From NCBI GenBank assembly GCA_029862165.1, contig JAOTXU010000005.1:31102-95101 (forward strand): a stretch of DNA of 64,000 nucleotides, written 5' to 3'. The notes below the pieces were generated by a model. The model saw nothing but the letters and a program-made list of their open reading frames with translations. It was not told the origin of the DNA and made no database searches. The position numbers were made by a program, and so were the translations under genes. The DNA is from Gammaproteobacteria bacterium (GTDB taxonomy: Bacteria > Pseudomonadota > Gammaproteobacteria > Steroidobacterales > JABDKV01). Below are positions 24,785 to 33,824 of this stretch, piece by piece (the first letter of the stretch is position 1; the number at the start of each line of letters is the position of its first letter).

Positions 24785-24832
24785 CGTGAGTGCTATCACA
24801 GCGATATCTCTTTGTATGTGAGTAGGCTCACA
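24785..24832. promoter_or_regulatory. Tandem CRP-type sites
   Basis: CGTGA-gtgcta-TCACA (24785-24800) and perfect TGTGA-gtaggc-TCACA (24817-24832), 32 bp apart. Confidence 0.72.
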
Positions 24833-24920
24833 GACCTTTCACCTCGTTTCCTGTAACTTTCGCTTGCTATCTGGGACAAGTGGCGTTTTCGTTTTTTGAG
24901 TGGAATTAAGGGTATTGGAT

Positions 24921-26429
24921 ATGAACAGGCTTATCACTAATTTTTGGCGCTTACCGGTGGCGTGCTTGCTGATGGCATTGCCATTGGCTGTAGCGCACGC
25001 AGATGCCGGACAGGCGCTGTTTGTATATGGCAAGGCTTATGTCGTGTCGCCTGATGGCAGCAGAACTGCCCTCAGAAAAGGCAGCACAGTGCAGTCTGGC
25101 GATACAATCGTGACCTCGGCCAACGGTCGTGTGCAGATGCGTATGGACGACGGTGGCTTGCTGGCATTGCGGCCGCAGACTGAGTTTGTCATTGAAGAAT
25201 TTAACTTTCCGTCGGCGGCGGGCAGCAGCTCTGCCAGCAACGGAGAGCCGAGAAGTTTCTTCGCGCTGGTCAAGGGCGGATTTCGCTCGATAACAGGCGC
25301 GATTGGTAAAGCCGACAAGTCAGACTATCGTGTACGCACACCGGTCGCGACTATTGGTATTCGTGGTACGGACTATACGGCAGTGTTTTGCGACACTGAT
25401 TGCGCGCGTGGCACCTCAAAGGGCCTGTACGTTGGCGTTACCGATGGTGGCGTGACCCTGGTAAACCGTGGCGGATCGCTTGATCTGAACCCTGGTCAGT
25501 TTGGGTTTGTGCGTGATTCTGTATCGGTTCCTGAAAAATCGGCTGCTGCCGCCAGGATGCTCGCGGCTGAAGTCGCGCCTGAGGCAGGTGATTCCGAAGA
25601 CGCAGGCGTGAGCGCCGAAGTTGCTACCGTTGCCGAAGGCAATGTCGACCTGACATCAGGTACGGAAGTAGGTAGCGATAGTGGTGCGGTGGCTTACGCG
25701 ACCGGCCCGCTTGGCAGCAGCAGTGGGTTCGCGGGCGTAGCCGCTCAGGGTTCCTCCGGCAAGGTCGTAGATGCGGAAGGCAATCCTGTTGCTTTCATGG
25801 CCGACTCTCCGCTGGGAACTGCGACGATTGAGCAAAACGGTAGCCAGGCGGTTAACGTCGGTCGCGATACTGATCGTCAGGGCGCCACCGGTTTACACTG
25901 GGGTCGTTGGACGACTGGTTCTGTGAACGTCACATCGGCGGGCGAAACGATCAACCAAAACGTTGATAACAGCAGCCTGCACTATGTAACGGGTGCTGAC
26001 GGCAACGCCGCTGTGCAACTGCCCAGCGAAGGTTCAGCCAATTTCGCACTGGTCGGTAACACCAATCCGACGGATAATCACGGCAACGTGGGTACCCTCG
26101 GTTCGGCTAGCCTGTCTGCGGACTTTACGAATCAGACCGCTGATGCTGATGTCAGCTTGTCTTTCGACGAGACCAGCCAGGTGTGGGACGCCTCGGCGCA
26201 GGATGTTGACATCAACAGCGATGCCACATTCGGCGGAGAGTTCGACTCTGTAACGGTAACCGATGCCGCCGGCGGAACTACGGCCGACGGAGCGGGTGAT
26301 GTCTCCGGCTTCTTCAGTGGCGACGCTGATGGCAACCTCAGTGGCGCGGGCATGAGCTACTCGATGACTGAGGGCGATGACAGTGTCTCTGGCGCTGCAG
26401 CCTTCCAGGTTGAAGGTGGCAGTCAATAA
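24921..26429 (+). CDS. Secreted FecR-domain protein with C-terminal TbpB-like beta-barrel
   Basis: Signal peptide ending AHA; FecR motifs GDTIVT...DGG...LRPQT...LVKGGFR...RTPVATIGIRGT; C-terminal ADFTNQT...GFFSG...AGMSYS...SGAAAF. Confidence 0.7.
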   Translation: MNRLITNFWRLPVACLLMALPLAVAHADAGQALFVYGKAYVVSPDGSRTALRKGSTVQSGDTIVTSANGRVQMRMDDGGLLALRPQTEFVIEEFNFPSAAGSSSASNGEPRSFFALVKGGFRSITGAIGKADKSDYRVRTPVATIGIRGTDYTAVFCDTDCARGTSKGLYVGVTDGGVTLVNRGGSLDLNPGQFGFVRDSVSVPEKSAAAARMLAAEVAPEAGDSEDAGVSAEVATVAEGNVDLTSGTEVGSDSGAVAYATGPLGSSSGFAGVAAQGSSGKVVDAEGNPVAFMADSPLGTATIEQNGSQAVNVGRDTDRQGATGLHWGRWTTGSVNVTSAGETINQNVDNSSLHYVTGADGNAAVQLPSEGSANFALVGNTNPTDNHGNVGTLGSASLSADFTNQTADADVSLSFDETSQVWDASAQDVDINSDATFGGEFDSVTVTDAAGGTTADGAGDVSGFFSGDADGNLSGAGMSYSMTEGDDSVSGAAAFQVEGGSQ

Positions 26430-26452
26430 TACGCGGCTCTTACCGCACAACG

Positions 26453-26480
26453 AGGCCCGCTTTAGAGCGGGCCTTTTTTT
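26453..26480 (+). terminator. Rho-independent terminator
   Basis: AGGCCCGCT-ttag-AGCGGGCCT stem followed by a T run. Confidence 0.85.
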
Positions 26481-26787
26481 GTCCTCGCCACCGATGATGC
26501 CGAGAATGATTTTTCGCCGCAAGCTGCGATTCCCGTACAAATCGATAGTAGCGCGCATCGCTCATAGATTTCCATTGATCGCAAAACGTGCTGTTTCATC
26601 AGTCGCATTTCTCTGCCTCCCATTAAAAAATTCACCCCGTTACGATGCAATAATTCTGTCGTGATTATGTTCAGAATGCTGAACATCTTGTGATCCAGTT
26701 CCTATTAGAAATGTTAACCACGTCGGCGTAGTTATCGTGATTGCGCGTTAGTGTTGTCCGTAGAGTCACGAATCGAGGATCACGTCG

Positions 26788-27387
26788 ATGTACTACACGA
26801 GCCGAAGAGTCTTTTTTGTTCTATGCGCAATCGGCCTCGCCGGTCTGACAGCCGGCTGTGCGACCACGATGACCCAGACACAGTGTGTATCGGCGGACTG
26901 GTACGCTATCGGTCTGGAAGATGGTGCTCGCGGTCAGGCCATGACACGGCTCACTAAGCATCGGCAACAGTGCAGCGAATTTGGTATATCGCCCGACGTG
27001 CAGGCGTATCAGCAGGGTCGTCTGGAAGGCCTGGATTATTTCTGTACGCTTTCTAACGGGCTGTCGGTCGGTAAAACGGGCAGTAACTACGCCGGTGCTT
27101 GCCCGGCCGAGATGGAATACTATTTTCTCACTGGCTATCGCCTGGGCCGCGAGATGCATCGCGTGCGTTCAGACATAAACACAAATCGTCGTGATTTGCG
27201 TGCTGCCGAAAAGGAATTACAAACCGAAGACGTGACCGACGAGCGTACGGCAGAGTTACGCTATAAACTGCGGACGCTGGAACGCGAGTTTGGTCGGTTG
27301 CAAGGCCGACTCGAATATCTCGAACTTGAAGAGCGTCGAATCGTAGTTTCAGACGCACGTTCGGCCAATAACGTCGTGACCGACTAG
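26788..27387 (+). CDS. DUF2799-like lipoprotein
   Basis: LTAGC lipobox; C..ADWYAIGLEDG..G, YQQG..GL..FC, Y.GACP; coiled-coil tail. Confidence 0.8.
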   Translation: MYYTSRRVFFVLCAIGLAGLTAGCATTMTQTQCVSADWYAIGLEDGARGQAMTRLTKHRQQCSEFGISPDVQAYQQGRLEGLDYFCTLSNGLSVGKTGSNYAGACPAEMEYYFLTGYRLGREMHRVRSDINTNRRDLRAAEKELQTEDVTDERTAELRYKLRTLEREFGRLQGRLEYLELEERRIVVSDARSANNVVTD

Positions 27388-27873
27388 TTAAATATGCAGT
27401 CGCCGGATCCCAGGGTCCGGCACGCTGTGTGCCCACATCTCCTCAAAAGCCGTCAGGCGCTGTCTGGCGACTTCAGGCCGTGTTTGATCGTACAAACCCG
27501 CCCACGATGATGCCTGCTTGCGCAGCGCGTATTGCGTGTCGTCTGCGATGACAAACGCATCATCACGGCTGTAAAAATCCGTCGCGAGCTTGCGGACAAT
27601 GATCTTGCTGCTAATCCGTTGAGCGACAGCCAGAAAACGATGGTCGTCGCGGGTCAATGGGCCTGTGTCGCGGATTAACACACGCATAGTACTGTGCTTG
27701 TTGCGTGTGACAAAGCTGCGTACCGCAGCGATCAAGTCGCTGCTGCCAAAAACCACGGGGTTAAGATCCGGGCTGAATATTTCCACAGATTGTCGTGCGG
27801 TATTGAGTAGATCGATGACGGCTGTGGCATAGTCACCTGGTGTATCCAGTGGTCGGCTCGTTTGCTCACTCAT
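27388..27873 (-). CDS. Conserved hypothetical protein, PLD-like fold without HKD, GNAT-associated
   Basis: ARQSVEIFSPDL...RVLIRD...AFVIADD...FEEMW pattern; overlaps GNAT gene. Confidence 0.55.
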   Translation of the reverse strand: MSEQTSRPLDTPGDYATAVIDLLNTARQSVEIFSPDLNPVVFGSSDLIAAVRSFVTRNKHSTMRVLIRDTGPLTRDDHRFLAVAQRISSKIIVRKLATDFYSRDDAFVIADDTQYALRKQASSWAGLYDQTRPEVARQRLTAFEEMWAHSVPDPGIRRLHI

Positions 27874-28306
27874 GTTTTTTCAGCAGTGAACGGCGCATTA
27901 GCCGGTGCGGGATGCCGGCCTCATCAAACTCGGGGCCTTCGGCCACAAAACCGTGTCGTTCATAGAAATCCAGCGCATGGGTTTGGGCGTGCAGATAGAC
28001 CGTTTTCATACCCGTCTCAATTGCGGCGTTGAAAAGTTCAGCGAGAATCGCGGCGCCCAGCCCGTGCTTGCGCCATTGCGGCAACACGGCCATTCTTCCA
28101 ATCTTGCCGTCTGCCTGCAAACGCCCCGTGGCGACAATATCGTCCTCGACCAGGCCAGCCAGGGCATGCACAGCATCAGCGTCCTCGCCGTCCCATTCCA
28201 GTTCTGGATCGACGTGTTGCTCGATCACGAAAACGGCCTGGCGTATCTTTCGAATCAACGCTTGATCGCGGTCCCATCGGGCCAGACGCGTAGTCAGTTT
28301 AGTCAT
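27866..28306 (-). CDS. GNAT N-acetyltransferase (ElaA/YjcF-like)
   Basis: IRQAVFVIEQ, IGRMAVLPQWRKHGLG, LHAQ, FYERHGF, EAGIPH. Confidence 0.9.
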   Translation of the reverse strand: MTKLTTRLARWDRDQALIRKIRQAVFVIEQHVDPELEWDGEDADAVHALAGLVEDDIVATGRLQADGKIGRMAVLPQWRKHGLGAAILAELFNAAIETGMKTVYLHAQTHALDFYERHGFVAEGPEFDEAGIPHRLMRRSLLKKHE

Positions 28307-29447
28307 CGCTAGCCCAGTATAACTTGCTGTCACAATACAGATCGTATAACAGTGCCAGGGCGTCATCGTCACCGGGATTTTGCAGCAGGTCTCCGCGACA
28401 CAGCGGTCGCGCCAGTTTGCGGCTGCCAGCTGTAAGTGACCAGGCAACGCCATCGACAAAAAGCAGGCCATGTCCGGGAAACTCGCTGCGTGCCATGCGT
28501 ACGGCCAGGTGTCTCAATAAATTCTCGCCGTCTTGCAGCCGCTGGAGAAATTGTTGTTTCGTCTCAGCCGAGTCCGGATGTGACGGTGCCAGCCAGGGTT
28601 TGTTTTCAGTGACCAATCGACCGAACCAGTTGACGGCATGGCTTGTCTGCCCGGGCGTTTCGTGTACAAGCGCAAGCGCTCGCTCGACCGCCGCGGTCGA
28701 AATGAGTCCATCATCGGACTCATCCAGCGTCAGACCGGCATCACTATATCGACCGCGTACTTGCTCAGCCTGATACTCAGCCTGACCCATTACGAGTTCC
28801 TGTGCCGATGGTGCGCGAAAACCAACTGAAACTGTCATACAGGCCACATCGGAAAGACCATGATGGGCGATTCCGGGTGGCAAATACAAAACATCGCCGG
28901 TAGTGAGATCCCAATGTTGTTCTACTTCGAATTGTTCCAGCACTCGCAGTGGCGCGTCCGCAATGAGGACACCGTTGCTTCGTCCAATATCCCAACGGCG
29001 GTTGCCCGCTCCCTGAACCAGAAAAACATCGTATTGATCTATGTGTGCACCGACCGATCCGCCGGGGACGGCGTAACTGATCATGACATCGTCTATACGC
29101 CAGCTCGGCAAAAAATTGAATTGATCGCGTAAGGCCGTCACCTCCGGCACGTACTTGTCTACGTCCTGGACCAGCAAAGTCCATCCGGTGGCTGGTAGCT
29201 GTTGGAAATCCTGTGACCGGAATGGGCCATGGCGCAGTTGCCACTGACCAGGCGATCCCGCCGTAGTGATTAACCTGGCTTCGACATCGTTCTCGCAGGC
29301 AAGCCCCGCCAGGTCTGCCGGCGTCAGGACCGATTCCAACGCCGCTAACTCGTCGCTCATTGCATTTGGCAGCAGCAGTGGCTGGCGCTGCCAGTAGTCG
29401 GATAGAAAACGTTGCGCATCGATGGATGCAGGAAATCGAAGGGCCAC
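28299..29447 (-). CDS. roxA: JmjC/cupin ribosomal oxygenase, RoxA/YcfD family
   Basis: FLSDYWQRQP, WTLLVQDVD, WRIDDVMISYA, HIDQYDVFL, YLPPGIAHHG, SVGFRAP; GTG 29447 chosen. Confidence 0.8.
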   Translation of the reverse strand: MALRFPASIDAQRFLSDYWQRQPLLLPNAMSDELAALESVLTPADLAGLACENDVEARLITTAGSPGQWQLRHGPFRSQDFQQLPATGWTLLVQDVDKYVPEVTALRDQFNFLPSWRIDDVMISYAVPGGSVGAHIDQYDVFLVQGAGNRRWDIGRSNGVLIADAPLRVLEQFEVEQHWDLTTGDVLYLPPGIAHHGLSDVACMTVSVGFRAPSAQELVMGQAEYQAEQVRGRYSDAGLTLDESDDGLISTAAVERALALVHETPGQTSHAVNWFGRLVTENKPWLAPSHPDSAETKQQFLQRLQDGENLLRHLAVRMARSEFPGHGLLFVDGVAWSLTAGSRKLARPLCRGDLLQNPGDDDALALLYDLYCDSKLYWASDD

Positions 29448-29448
29448 T

Positions 29449-30837
29449 CTAGTCGTCTGTGATGTCTTTTGCTGCTTCGACAGCATTGCCCAGGTAATTC
29501 GCGGGTTCCAGCGCCAGCAGTCGTTTTTTCGCGTCGTCGGGTAAAGCCAGTCCGTCAATAAACCTGTGAATCATGTTGCGATCAACAGCCTTGCCGCGAG
29601 TCAAAGTTTTGAGCTCCTCATAACCACCGCTGAGACCGTGACGCCGCATGACTGTTTGTATCGGCTCGGCTAGTAACTCCCATCGTTCGCTCAGATCGGC
29701 ATGCATGGCTTCTTCGTCTGCAGCAAGTTTGGCCAGGCCGCGGCTGATTGCCACGTGGGCGACGGTGCTGTGGGCGAGTGCAACGCCGACATTGCGCAAT
29801 ACTGTTGAGTCACTCAAGTCCCGCTGCCAGCGCGAGACGGGCAGCTTTTCCGCAAAGTGCGCCAGCAATGCCTGTGCGATCCCGATATTGCCCTCGGCGT
29901 TCTCGAAATCAATCGGATTTACTTTATGTGGCATTGTTGAAGACCCTGTTTCACTTTCGGCCGCGTTTTGTTTGAAATAGCCGAGCGAGACATAGCCCCA
30001 GATATCGCGAGCGAAATCCAGCAGAATCGAATTACAGCGCATGAGCGCATGGCTGTACGCAGAGATCCAGTCGTGCGGCTCGATCTGCGTTGTGTAGGTG
30101 TTCGCCTGTAGACCCAGCGCCACAATGAATCGGTCCGTTACACCCGGCCAGTCAATTTCTGGCGCCGCGGCGTAGTGAGCGTTGTAGTTGCCAACCGCGC
30201 CATTGAACTTGCCCAGCACCGAAACCTGCTCCAAATCTGATCGTTGTGTTTTAAGACGCGCAGCCACCGTTGCCAGCTCTTTTCCCAGCGTGGTGGGAGT
30301 TGCCGGTTGGCCATGTGTTCTGGATAACATTGGCACTGCAGCATAACGGTGCGCCATGTCTGCCAGAGCTGTGATTATGCTTTGCAGCCCCGGTAACACA
30401 ACGGCTGCGCGGGCCTCGCTGAGCATCAGTGCGTAGGCCAGGTTGTTTATGTCCTCTGAAGTACAGGCAAAATGCACGTACTCGCTGATTGATGCCGGCA
30501 CTTTCTGCCTGGCTAGCTCCTCACGCAGATAATATTCGACTGCCTTTACATCGTGATTGGTAGTCGTCTCGATCTGTTTAATGCGGCTTGCAGCGTCAAG
30601 GTCGAAACCGTCGGCAATTCTTCGCAATCTGCTCTGCAGACCCGAATCCAGTGCCACGAGCTCGGGCAGGACGCCTTCCTCAGCCAGGTGGATCATCCAG
30701 CGTAGCTCGACCTGCACGCGATAGCGCAACAGACCGTATTCGCTGCAGATGGGGCGTAAGGCGGATAGTTGTGCGGCATACCGGCCGTCTATGGGAGAGA
30801 CGGCTGTCAGTTCGCTAAGCTGCAGGGTCGCTGTCAC
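29449..30837 (-). CDS. purB: Adenylosuccinate lyase
   Basis: SPIDGRY, NHDVKAVEY, TSEDINN, RTHGQ, GSSTMPHKVNPIDFEN, QRDLSDST. Confidence 0.96.
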   Translation of the reverse strand: MTATLQLSELTAVSPIDGRYAAQLSALRPICSEYGLLRYRVQVELRWMIHLAEEGVLPELVALDSGLQSRLRRIADGFDLDAASRIKQIETTTNHDVKAVEYYLREELARQKVPASISEYVHFACTSEDINNLAYALMLSEARAAVVLPGLQSIITALADMAHRYAAVPMLSRTHGQPATPTTLGKELATVAARLKTQRSDLEQVSVLGKFNGAVGNYNAHYAAAPEIDWPGVTDRFIVALGLQANTYTTQIEPHDWISAYSHALMRCNSILLDFARDIWGYVSLGYFKQNAAESETGSSTMPHKVNPIDFENAEGNIGIAQALLAHFAEKLPVSRWQRDLSDSTVLRNVGVALAHSTVAHVAISRGLAKLAADEEAMHADLSERWELLAEPIQTVMRRHGLSGGYEELKTLTRGKAVDRNMIHRFIDGLALPDDAKKRLLALEPANYLGNAVEAAKDITDD

Positions 30838-30921
30838 GCGCGCATCATAGCCTAAAAGCCAGTTCACAGCGCGTAACAGCGGTATCATAGGTGACGTAAT
30901 TACGGCTCAGCAGGAGCAGAC

Positions 30922-32325
30922 ATGAGTGCACGTGGCAAAAGCAGGGGACCGGTCAGGATAGAACGCGACAGCATGGGCGAGCTTGAAGTGCCGGAAGAGG
31001 CACTGTGGGCAGCGCAGACCCAGCGGGCCGTAGAGAATTTTCCGATCAGCGGCAGGGTGATGCCTGCGGCATTTATCCGCGCCGTCGGTTTGATCAAGTG
31101 GGCCGCGGCTGGTAGCAACAGCGATCTGGGTTTGCTCGACAAAAAAATCGCTGAGGCGATTCAGTCCGCCGCAATGGAGGTGGCCGAGGGCGCTCACTAC
31201 GATCATTTTCCGATTGACGTTTTTCAGACCGGCTCTGGCACCAGCACGAATATGAATGCCAACGAGGTGATCTCGAGGCTCGCCACCGAGCGGCTGGGTT
31301 CAAAGGTGCATCCAAATGACCATGTGAACATGTGCCAGAGCAGTAACGATGTAATCCCGACCGCAATCCATGTCAGTGCGGCCCTGATGATCGATAAGGA
31401 ATTGCTCCCCGCGCTGACCCATTTGCATAAGACGCTGGTCACTAAAGCAGACTCCCTCGACGACGTCATAAAGACTGGACGCACCCATCTGATGGATGCG
31501 ATGCCGGTACGCATGAGTCAGGTAGTCGGCGCATGGGCTAATCAGATCAGCGACGGGATCGCTCGCATCGACGATACCCGCAAGCGCCTGCATCGTCTGG
31601 CTCAGGGTGGCACGGCCGTCGGTACTGGCATAAACGCACATCCGGAATTCGGGGCCCGTGTGGCAAAAGCGATGTCACAACACACTGGCGTTTCTTTTAC
31701 GCAAAGTGACGACTTGTTTGTGGGTATAGCAACGCAGGATACAGCGGTCGAATTGTCAGGCCAGTTGCGCAGTATCGCAGTGAGTCTGTTGAAAATTGCC
31801 AACGATTTGCGATGGATGAACAGTGGACCGCTGGCCGGCTTGTCGGAGATCCACTTGCCGTCACTGCAACCCGGCAGCAGCATCATGCCCGGAAAAATCA
31901 ATCCGGTTGTGCCCGAAGCCGTAGCGATGGTTGCGGCACAAGTGATCGGCAACGACGCAACTATCACAATCGGTGGTCAGTCGGGCAACTTTGAGTTAAA
32001 CGTAATGTTGCCGGTCATTGCCGATAATTTGATCGATAGTCTGACTGTTTTAAGCAACAGCTCGCGTGTACTGGCTGACAGTGCGATCGCCGGATTTACT
32101 GTGAACCAGGATGCAATGGCCGAAGTCTTGCAACGTAATCCCATACTGGTAACGGCACTTAACTCGGTAATTGGCTATGACCTGGGTGCAGCAACGGCCA
32201 AGAAGGCTTATGCGGAAGGTCGCCCGATACTTGATGTTGCGCGTGAGACCACCGACCTCGATGAAGCCGAGCTGCGACGCCTGCTCGATCCTGAAAAGTT
32301 GACCCGAGGCGGTATCCAGGGCTAG
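30922..32325 (+). CDS. fumC: Class II fumarate hydratase
   Basis: QTGSGTSTNMN, QSSND, GRTHLMDA, GSSIMPGKINP. Confidence 0.93.
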   Translation: MSARGKSRGPVRIERDSMGELEVPEEALWAAQTQRAVENFPISGRVMPAAFIRAVGLIKWAAAGSNSDLGLLDKKIAEAIQSAAMEVAEGAHYDHFPIDVFQTGSGTSTNMNANEVISRLATERLGSKVHPNDHVNMCQSSNDVIPTAIHVSAALMIDKELLPALTHLHKTLVTKADSLDDVIKTGRTHLMDAMPVRMSQVVGAWANQISDGIARIDDTRKRLHRLAQGGTAVGTGINAHPEFGARVAKAMSQHTGVSFTQSDDLFVGIATQDTAVELSGQLRSIAVSLLKIANDLRWMNSGPLAGLSEIHLPSLQPGSSIMPGKINPVVPEAVAMVAAQVIGNDATITIGGQSGNFELNVMLPVIADNLIDSLTVLSNSSRVLADSAIAGFTVNQDAMAEVLQRNPILVTALNSVIGYDLGAATAKKAYAEGRPILDVARETTDLDEAELRRLLDPEKLTRGGIQG

Positions 32326-32329
32326 TGCT

Positions 32330-32950
32330 TTGCGCGCGTTAATCCGGAAGCGTCTGGAAGGTACCCGGCCACAAGACCCCAAGATCGTACAACGACCTGG
32401 CTGGGGTGATATTCCCGACGCGTTTATGGACAGGCTGCCCAAGCCGCTGATCCCGGCGGCAGTGTTGTTGCCACTGGTCGAGCGCGCCGATGATCTGCAC
32501 ATTCTGTTGACTCAACGCGCGGAGCATCTAAAGCATCATGCGGGACAAATCAGTTTTCCGGGTGGTCGTGTTGAGATCGGTGATAACAATCCCAGCGAAA
32601 CGGCGCTGCGTGAGACGGCAGAGGAGGTGGGCGTGCCCGCAGACCGGGTCGAAGTTGTCGGCTACCTGGACAACTATTTCACTATCACCGGTTATTCGGT
32701 GACACCGGTCGTTGGATTTTTCGATAACACAATCTCTTTACGGCTGGACAGTGCGGAAGTTGAGGACGCCTTCGAAGTGCCGCTATCGCATCTGTTTGAG
32801 CCCGCCAATCACCACAAGAAGCAAAAAGAGATTTTTGGGCAGCGCATTCCGTATTACGAAATTCCGTGGCAGGACCGCATTATCTGGGGTGCGACTGCAT
32901 CGATGATTGTCTGTTTTTACAAAGCTATACTCGGAGCAGACAACGAATGA
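32330..32950 (+). CDS. CoA pyrophosphatase (Nudix, NudL-like)
   Basis: AAVLLPL, HAGQISFPGG, ALRETAEEVG, IWGATA. Confidence 0.88.
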   Translation: MRALIRKRLEGTRPQDPKIVQRPGWGDIPDAFMDRLPKPLIPAAVLLPLVERADDLHILLTQRAEHLKHHAGQISFPGGRVEIGDNNPSETALRETAEEVGVPADRVEVVGYLDNYFTITGYSVTPVVGFFDNTISLRLDSAEVEDAFEVPLSHLFEPANHHKKQKEIFGQRIPYYEIPWQDRIIWGATASMIVCFYKAILGADNE

Positions 32951-33726
32951 CTGAGATCGACCGGTTATTGGAGATCATGGCGCGCCTGCGGGACCCACAA
33001 CAGGGGTGTCCCTGGGATCTGGAGCAGGATTTCAGCACCATAGCGCCACACACGGTCGAGGAAGCCTACGAAGTTGCCGATGCAATCGAACGCAACGATT
33101 TGCCGGGCTTGCGTAACGAGTTGGGTGATTTGTTATTTCAGGTTGTTTTCCATGCGCGTCTGGCCGAAGAGTCGGGCGAGTTTTCGTTTGCCGATGTCGT
33201 TAACGGTCTCTGTGACAAGATGACGCGCCGCCACCCACACGTATTCGCCGATGCCAGCGTGGCCAACGCCGAGGCGCAGACCATTGCATGGGAGGCGCAA
33301 AAGGCTGCGGAGCGACAAACTGACGACGCGGGGGTCCTCGATGACGTGCCACGGGCGTTGCCCGCATTGCGTCGCGCTGCAAAACTTGGCAGTCGTGCGG
33401 CCAGTGTGGGTTTTGACTGGCCCAGCGCCGCGGGCGCGCGAGCCAAGATCAACGAAGAACTGGCAGAACTGGATGCGGAAATTGCGACCGGGAATCGGAC
33501 TGCGATCGAACGCGAGACGGGTGATTTGCTCCTGGCAATCGTTAATCTGGCGCGTCACATGCGCTTCGATCCGGAGACTGCACTGCAGACTGCAAACAAT
33601 CGCTTCAGAGCCCGTTTCCGGCATCTGGAGCGATCTTTAGCCGAGGCCGGGCGTCGTCCTGAACAGGCTGATCTGGATGAGCTGGAGACCCTCTGGCGGG
33701 CCGCCAAAGACGCCCTATCTGACTGA
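32947..33726 (+). CDS. mazG: Nucleoside triphosphate pyrophosphohydrolase
   Basis: GCPWDLEQ, EEAYEV, ELGDLLFQ, RRHPHVF, GFDW. Confidence 0.94.
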   Translation: MTEIDRLLEIMARLRDPQQGCPWDLEQDFSTIAPHTVEEAYEVADAIERNDLPGLRNELGDLLFQVVFHARLAEESGEFSFADVVNGLCDKMTRRHPHVFADASVANAEAQTIAWEAQKAAERQTDDAGVLDDVPRALPALRRAAKLGSRAASVGFDWPSAAGARAKINEELAELDAEIATGNRTAIERETGDLLLAIVNLARHMRFDPETALQTANNRFRARFRHLERSLAEAGRRPEQADLDELETLWRAAKDALSD

Positions 33727-33734
33727 AATCTGGG

Positions 33735-33770
33735 GTATTCAGGCCGTATTCAGGCTGTTAGCGCTATCTT
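33735..33770 (+). promoter_or_regulatory. PhoP-type direct-repeat box with -10 element
   Basis: GTATTCAGGC twice with 11 bp period (33735-33744, 33746-33755), i.e. ATTCAG-N5-ATTCAG; TATCTT at 33765-33770. Confidence 0.7.
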
Positions 33771-33824
33771 GCTCCTGACGCTGGCGGGAACCGTTGTTCC
33801 GCCGCAAAAACAGGAGTTAAGGAG

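Noticed and set aside
26500-26520. Fur-box-like GAGAATGATTTTTC
   Set aside because: Half match only, and downstream of the cargo terminator
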